Source: Acidobacteriota bacterium
GTDB taxonomy: Bacteria; Acidobacteriota; UBA6911; JACQSX01
NCBI GenBank assembly: GCA_036507075.1
Contig: DASXQR010000014.1
Coordinates: 1-10,676, forward strand
Reading direction: 5' to 3'
Length of the DNA stretch: 10,676 bases
Both the position numbers and the translations under genes were made by a program. Each line of letters opens with the position of its first letter. The first letter of the stretch is position 1. Positions 7,838 through 10,676 of the stretch are shown here, one piece after another. The notes beneath the pieces are model-generated. The model had not been told where the DNA came from. It ran no database searches and saw only the letters and a list, made by a program, of their open reading frames with translations.

Positions 7838-8122
7838 ATTCCACCCGGCGGCTCGCGAGGAAATCGTCGAAGCACTTCGTGGTATGAGGAACGCAGCGAA
7901 GTGGCTGCTTCCGCGTTTCGACAAGAGATCGATCATGCCATTCAGCGAATTATTGAGTCACCCGAAAGGTTTCCGAATACCACAACCGGTGCCCGCCGAT
8001 TTGTGATGATGCGGTTCCCGTTCAGTATCGTTTATTCCTTAACTGAGGCCGAGATTATCGTCGTGGCCATTGCGCATCAACGCCGGCGGCCGGATTACTG
8101 GCTCGCGCCACGGCGCATCTAG
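7824..8122 (+). pseudogene. RelE/ParE-family toxin, frameshifted
   Basis: ATG 7824 MRNVRFHPAAREEIVEA continues only after a frame change near 7872-7880 (apparent 1-nt deletion) into WYEERSEVAASAFRQEI..PERFP..RRFVMMRFPFSIVY..IIVVAIAHQRRRPDYW. Confidence 0.85.
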
Positions 8123-8144
8123 CGCAAGCATGGCACATTCCTGA

Positions 8145-8249
8145 ATGATGGCCCTGCTTTTCACTGTTATTGGAGGATTTGTGACGGTGGTTTGGTTTGG
8201 GTTGGCTCGGGCGTGGTTGCGCCGGCGTTCATCACCACAGTCATTCTGA
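8145..8249 (+). CDS. Small single-transmembrane peptide or 3' remnant of a membrane-protein gene (34 aa)
   Basis: MMALLFTVIGGFVTVVWFGLARAWLRRRSSPQSF*; the stop lies 7 nt before the attC R'' at 8257. Confidence 0.35.
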   Translation: MMALLFTVIGGFVTVVWFGLARAWLRRRSSPQSF

Positions 8250-8256
8250 TCACGCC

Positions 8257-8322
8257 GCCTAACAAGGCGTTGAACCCGATGGTCGCTTGCGGCGGCTGCA
8301 GGTGAGCGCTGGGTCTTTGTGC
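8257..8322 (+). mobile_element. Degenerate integron attC site
   Basis: GCCTAAC-AAGGCGTTGAACCCGATGGTCGC...GCAGGTGAGCGCTGGGTC-TTTGTGC: canonical R''/L'' left half, decayed L', and R' GTTATGC apparently changed to TTTGTGC. Confidence 0.7.
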
Positions 8323-8346
8323 GTCAGGACAACTTAGGAGACGATT

Positions 8347-8718
8347 ATGGAACTGGGAGCTTTCTCTGTCAGCTTGGCTGTAAAGGATATCGAGGCGTCG
8401 AAACTCTTTTACGAAAAGCTGGGTTTTACAGTTTTCGCGGGGGATCAATCGCAGAATTGGTTGATTATGAAGAATGGCGACCACGCTATCGGTTTGTTTC
8501 AAGGCATGTTCGATAAAAACATTCTCACCTTCAACCCGGGCTGGAGCAGCGATGCTCAACAACTGAGAGAATTCACGGACGTTCGAGAGTTGCAGCGCCA
8601 GCTCAAAGATCGCGGCGTTAACATGATTTCAGAAGCAGACGAAAGCTCTACTGGCCCGGCTAGTTTTATGATTGTTGATCCTGATGGAAACACGATTCTG
8701 GTAGATCAACACGTATAG
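8347..8718 (+). CDS. VOC (glyoxalase/bleomycin-resistance) family protein, gene cassette
   Basis: 123 aa: SLAVKDIEASKLFYEKLGF...SFMIVDPDGNTILVDQH; SD AGGAG 8336-8340; lower GC than the core genes; flanked by attC-like sites. Confidence 0.92.
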   Translation: MELGAFSVSLAVKDIEASKLFYEKLGFTVFAGDQSQNWLIMKNGDHAIGLFQGMFDKNILTFNPGWSSDAQQLREFTDVRELQRQLKDRGVNMISEADESSTGPASFMIVDPDGNTILVDQHV

Positions 8719-8751
8719 GCAATGCGGCAGTTGGAGTTTCTATTGCGAAGC

Positions 8752-8778
8752 GACGCATAACAACGCAGTGGACGCGCC
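8752..8778 (+). mobile_element. Truncated attC left half (R'' + L'')
   Basis: GACGCATAAC-AACGCAGTGGACGCG; its reverse complement GTTATGCGTC matches TTTGTGCGTC (8316-8325) at 8/10. Confidence 0.6.
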
Positions 8779-8889
8779 TGAAGACCTATTCTTTTTGCCT
8801 CGGCCTCGCTAACCCTACTTCGTCACGATGGCGAAATATCACCACAAAGGGCACAAAGAGCAACTGAGCTGCAATCAAAAAAAGACAAA

Positions 8890-9124
8890 TTCCTTATAGG
8901 GCCGCGCAGCGGCGCCAGATTTGTAGCCCCGGGTGAAGCGAAGCGGAACCCGGAGTTAACCGGCCCCATTTGGGCAAGCCCCGAAAGGGGCGACAGACAG
9001 TAGCCGCCGCGCTCTCTGGCGCCCCGCATGGCGGGGCTGATCTGCAAATGATGCCTTACCCCGGCCTCCGCTTCGCTCCGGCCGGGGCTACAATGCTGAC
9101 GCCGCTGCGCGGCTCTATAAGGAA
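8890..9124. repeat. REPIN/MITE-like nested palindrome with GTAG-type REPs
   Basis: Terminal arms 8890-8914 and 9100-9124 are 24/25 complementary. Inverted GTAGCCCCGG..AGCGAAGCGGA.. REP hairpins and inner inverted AGCCCCG..GGGGCG hairpins. Confidence 0.85.
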
Positions 9125-9218
9125 AAAGTTTTTCTTCGCGAGAGAATTCAGCAGGCGATGATGAGAATTTTCTCCGAGCCGTTCACTCGAATCCTTCTCG
9201 CAAATCGATACATTTCCT

Positions 9219-9247
9219 GGCGCGCGGCTGATGCCGAAGCGTTAGGC
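9219..9247 (+). mobile_element. attC right half (L' + R' with intact GTTAGGC core)
   Basis: GGCGCGCGGCTGATGCCGAAGC-GTTAGGC, matching GTTRRRY; near copy of 7517-7545. Confidence 0.7.
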
Positions 9248-9328
9248 CCTCGCGCGATAAAGCGATATAATTGACACTCCCAATAACGGAGCCAGGGAAA
9301 AACAAGAGATAGAAAGGAGACATTTTCT

Positions 9329-9523
9329 ATGTGCTACAACTGCGGATGTGGGATGCCCAATAACGACATGGGCAATCCAAAGAACATAACCACCAAGACA
9401 TTTGAGGAAGCAGCCAAAGCTATGGACCAGTCTGTGAAGGATGCAAAGGAAAATGCCAATGAGCTGCTGGAGAAAGTCCTTGCCGCCAAGGAAGAAAGCA
9501 AGGACAAGAACTGGAAACCTTGA
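9329..9523 (+). CDS. Small hypothetical protein with N-terminal CxxCxC motif
   Basis: 64 aa MCYNCGCGMPNNDMGNPKNIT.. with a charged helical C-terminus; SD AAGGAG 9314-9319; TATAAT at 9266-9271; AT-rich relative to the core genes. Confidence 0.85.
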   Translation: MCYNCGCGMPNNDMGNPKNITTKTFEEAAKAMDQSVKDAKENANELLEKVLAAKEESKDKNWKP

Positions 9524-9679
9524 TGGAGAAAAACCGCCCAGCATGACTGAGGAAGAAAAGCGCGGCTTGGTTGAATTCTTGAAGTCGTTTTAACTATTGC
9601 TTCAGTCACAGTATCGGCGACGACCCGTAAACGCTCGCTTGCCACGGAGACGACTACGCCCCCAAATCCGACGACACCG

Positions 9680-9955
9680 ATGGTTCACGCCCACCCGTCG
9701 AAAAGAGCGATGAGTCGCCTTTTGGGAAGTCTGTCCCTCTTCACCATGCTCATGACAATTCCGCAGGTGCTGACCATATGGGTTGGCCATCAGGCGGCGG
9801 GGGTGTCTCTTCTGTCATGGTGTGCGTATCTGGTCTCTGCCGTTCTCTGGCTTTGGTACGGTATACAAAGGCGCGACAAGAACATCTACCTGCCCTGCGT
9901 AGGCTGGATCGCGCTGGATGGCGCTGTTATTTTTGGCGTTCTCATTTACGGATAA
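9680..9955 (+). CDS. PQ-loop / SemiSWEET-like 3-TM membrane protein
   Basis: TIPQVLTIW..AAGVSLLSW..LWLWYG..D pattern; three hydrophobic segments. The start may instead be ATG 9710. Confidence 0.78.
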   Translation: MVHAHPSKRAMSRLLGSLSLFTMLMTIPQVLTIWVGHQAAGVSLLSWCAYLVSAVLWLWYGIQRRDKNIYLPCVGWIALDGAVIFGVLIYG

Positions 9956-9991
9956 CCGATGCTCGATGTCGGCAGCCATTCGTTGCAATTC

Positions 9992-10020
9992 TGGAAATCG
10001 GTAACTCCAGGGACTATACT
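9992..10020 (+). promoter_or_regulatory. Putative sigma70 promoter of the third TA pair
   Basis: TGGAAA (9992-9997), 17-nt spacer, TATACT (10015-10020); 13 nt before ATG 10034. Confidence 0.45.
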
Positions 10021-10033
10021 GCGACTTCAAAAT

Positions 10034-10285
10034 ATGACGCAGAAAATACCTAATCCACCACCAGGCTTTGATGAGCTTTCAGTCGACGAAAAGCTCGACT
10101 ACGTTCAGTCTCTATGGGACCATATCGCTGCGAACCCCGAAGCAATTTCCGTACCTGATTGGCATTTACAAGTGATCGAAGAACGTATCAAGGAGAGTCA
10201 GTTCAATGCTCGCGCAGGTAGATCTTGGGACGAATTTCGTGAAGAACTCCGCGCAAGACTGAGTGAGCGTAAGCCCGGTCGGTGA
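10034..10285 (+). CDS. Addiction-module antitoxin (Unstab_antitox-like)
   Basis: MTQKIPNPPPGFDELSVDEKLDYVQSLWDHIA..VPDWHLQVIEER..GRSWDEFREEL; start reassigned from 9959 to ATG 10034; GTGA overlap with the toxin. Confidence 0.88.
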   Translation: MTQKIPNPPPGFDELSVDEKLDYVQSLWDHIAANPEAISVPDWHLQVIEERIKESQFNARAGRSWDEFREELRARLSERKPGR

Positions 10286-10455
10286 CAAGACGCCTCCGTA
10301 TCCGACCACAAGCCGAAATCGATGTGGCCGATGCAGTTGCATGGTACGAGGAGCGACAGGCCGGACTTGGCGGCAAACCTCTCAACGAGCTCGTCGCGGT
10401 TCTTCATCAACATCGGGATCCAGGATCCTGGCAGCGAAGAATTGTTGCTGAGTAG
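10282..10455 (+). pseudogene. RelE/ParE-family toxin, C-terminally truncated
   Basis: GTG start; MTRRLRIRPQAEIDVADAVAWYEERQAGLG..LNELVAVL matches the ParE N-terminus, then drifts into unrelated sequence near 10410 and stops at 57 aa. No RFPY/VxAxxHxxR half was seen downstream. Confidence 0.8.
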
Positions 10456-10544
10456 AAGAACGCCGGCTACTAACCTGACGATTGGAGAGGCGAAGTTCTG
10501 GGTGAGCGGCGACCGCCTGTCTCAAGAAACAAACCAATCACGAA

Positions 10545-10595
10545 CCACTGACAACTAACCAGCTACAACTGACAACGGACCACGGACTACAGACA
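10545..10595 (+). repeat. Heptamer tandem repeat (7 degenerate CAACGGA/CAACTGA units)
   Basis: CCACTGA CAACTAA CCAGCTA CAACTGA CAACGGA CCACGGA CTACAGA CA. Confidence 0.85.
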
Positions 10596-10598
10596 GCT

Positions 10599-10676
10599 TC
10601 ATTCAAAAACGACTTTGACACGCTGCACAAAATCCACCAGTTCGAGAAAATGCTTTCGCACTTCTTCCATCTTCTG
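10599..10676 (-). CDS. 3' end of an unidentified convergent gene (partial)
   Basis: Open frame from the window edge: ..QKMEEVRKHFLELVDFVQRVKVVFE* (TGA 10601-10599), amphipathic helix-like, followed by a heptamer tract just as mutL is. Confidence 0.55.
   Translation of the reverse strand, partial: QKMEEVRKHFLELVDFVQRVKVVFE

Noticed and set aside
8843..8860. Nonamer doublet CACAAAGGG CACAAAGAG
   Set aside because: Only two units, with no inverted partner in the window.
8823..9161. ORFs 8823..9047 (-) and 8970..9161 (+)
   Set aside because: Both largely overlap the REPIN-like palindrome and are likely spurious.
9950..9990. attC after the PQ-loop gene (stop within GGATAAC)
   Set aside because: No L boxes, matching R' or complementary upstream core could be found.

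Overview
Bacterial chromosomal window (Acidobacteria-like by repeat style; an impression, not demonstrated). The left part is a translationally coupled aspS-mutL operon, preceded by a probable IS481-type element end and a heptamer tandem repeat. A ~6.8 kb accessory region (3.77-10.54 kb) lies between the mutL stop and the 3' end of a convergent gene at the right edge, bracketed by oppositely oriented heptamer tracts. It looks like a decaying integron cassette cluster with no integrase in the window (CALIN-like): one intact attC, one degenerate attC and several half-attC sites. It carries three type II toxin-antitoxin pairs. In all three the toxin is broken (nonsense, frameshift, truncation) and the antitoxin ORF is intact. 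It also carries a secreted M61 peptidase, a VOC/glyoxalase cassette, a small Cys-motif protein, a PQ-loop/SemiSWEET-like protein, two large REP-like palindromic elements, a dense hairpin cluster and a ~120-bp diverged non-coding direct repeat.
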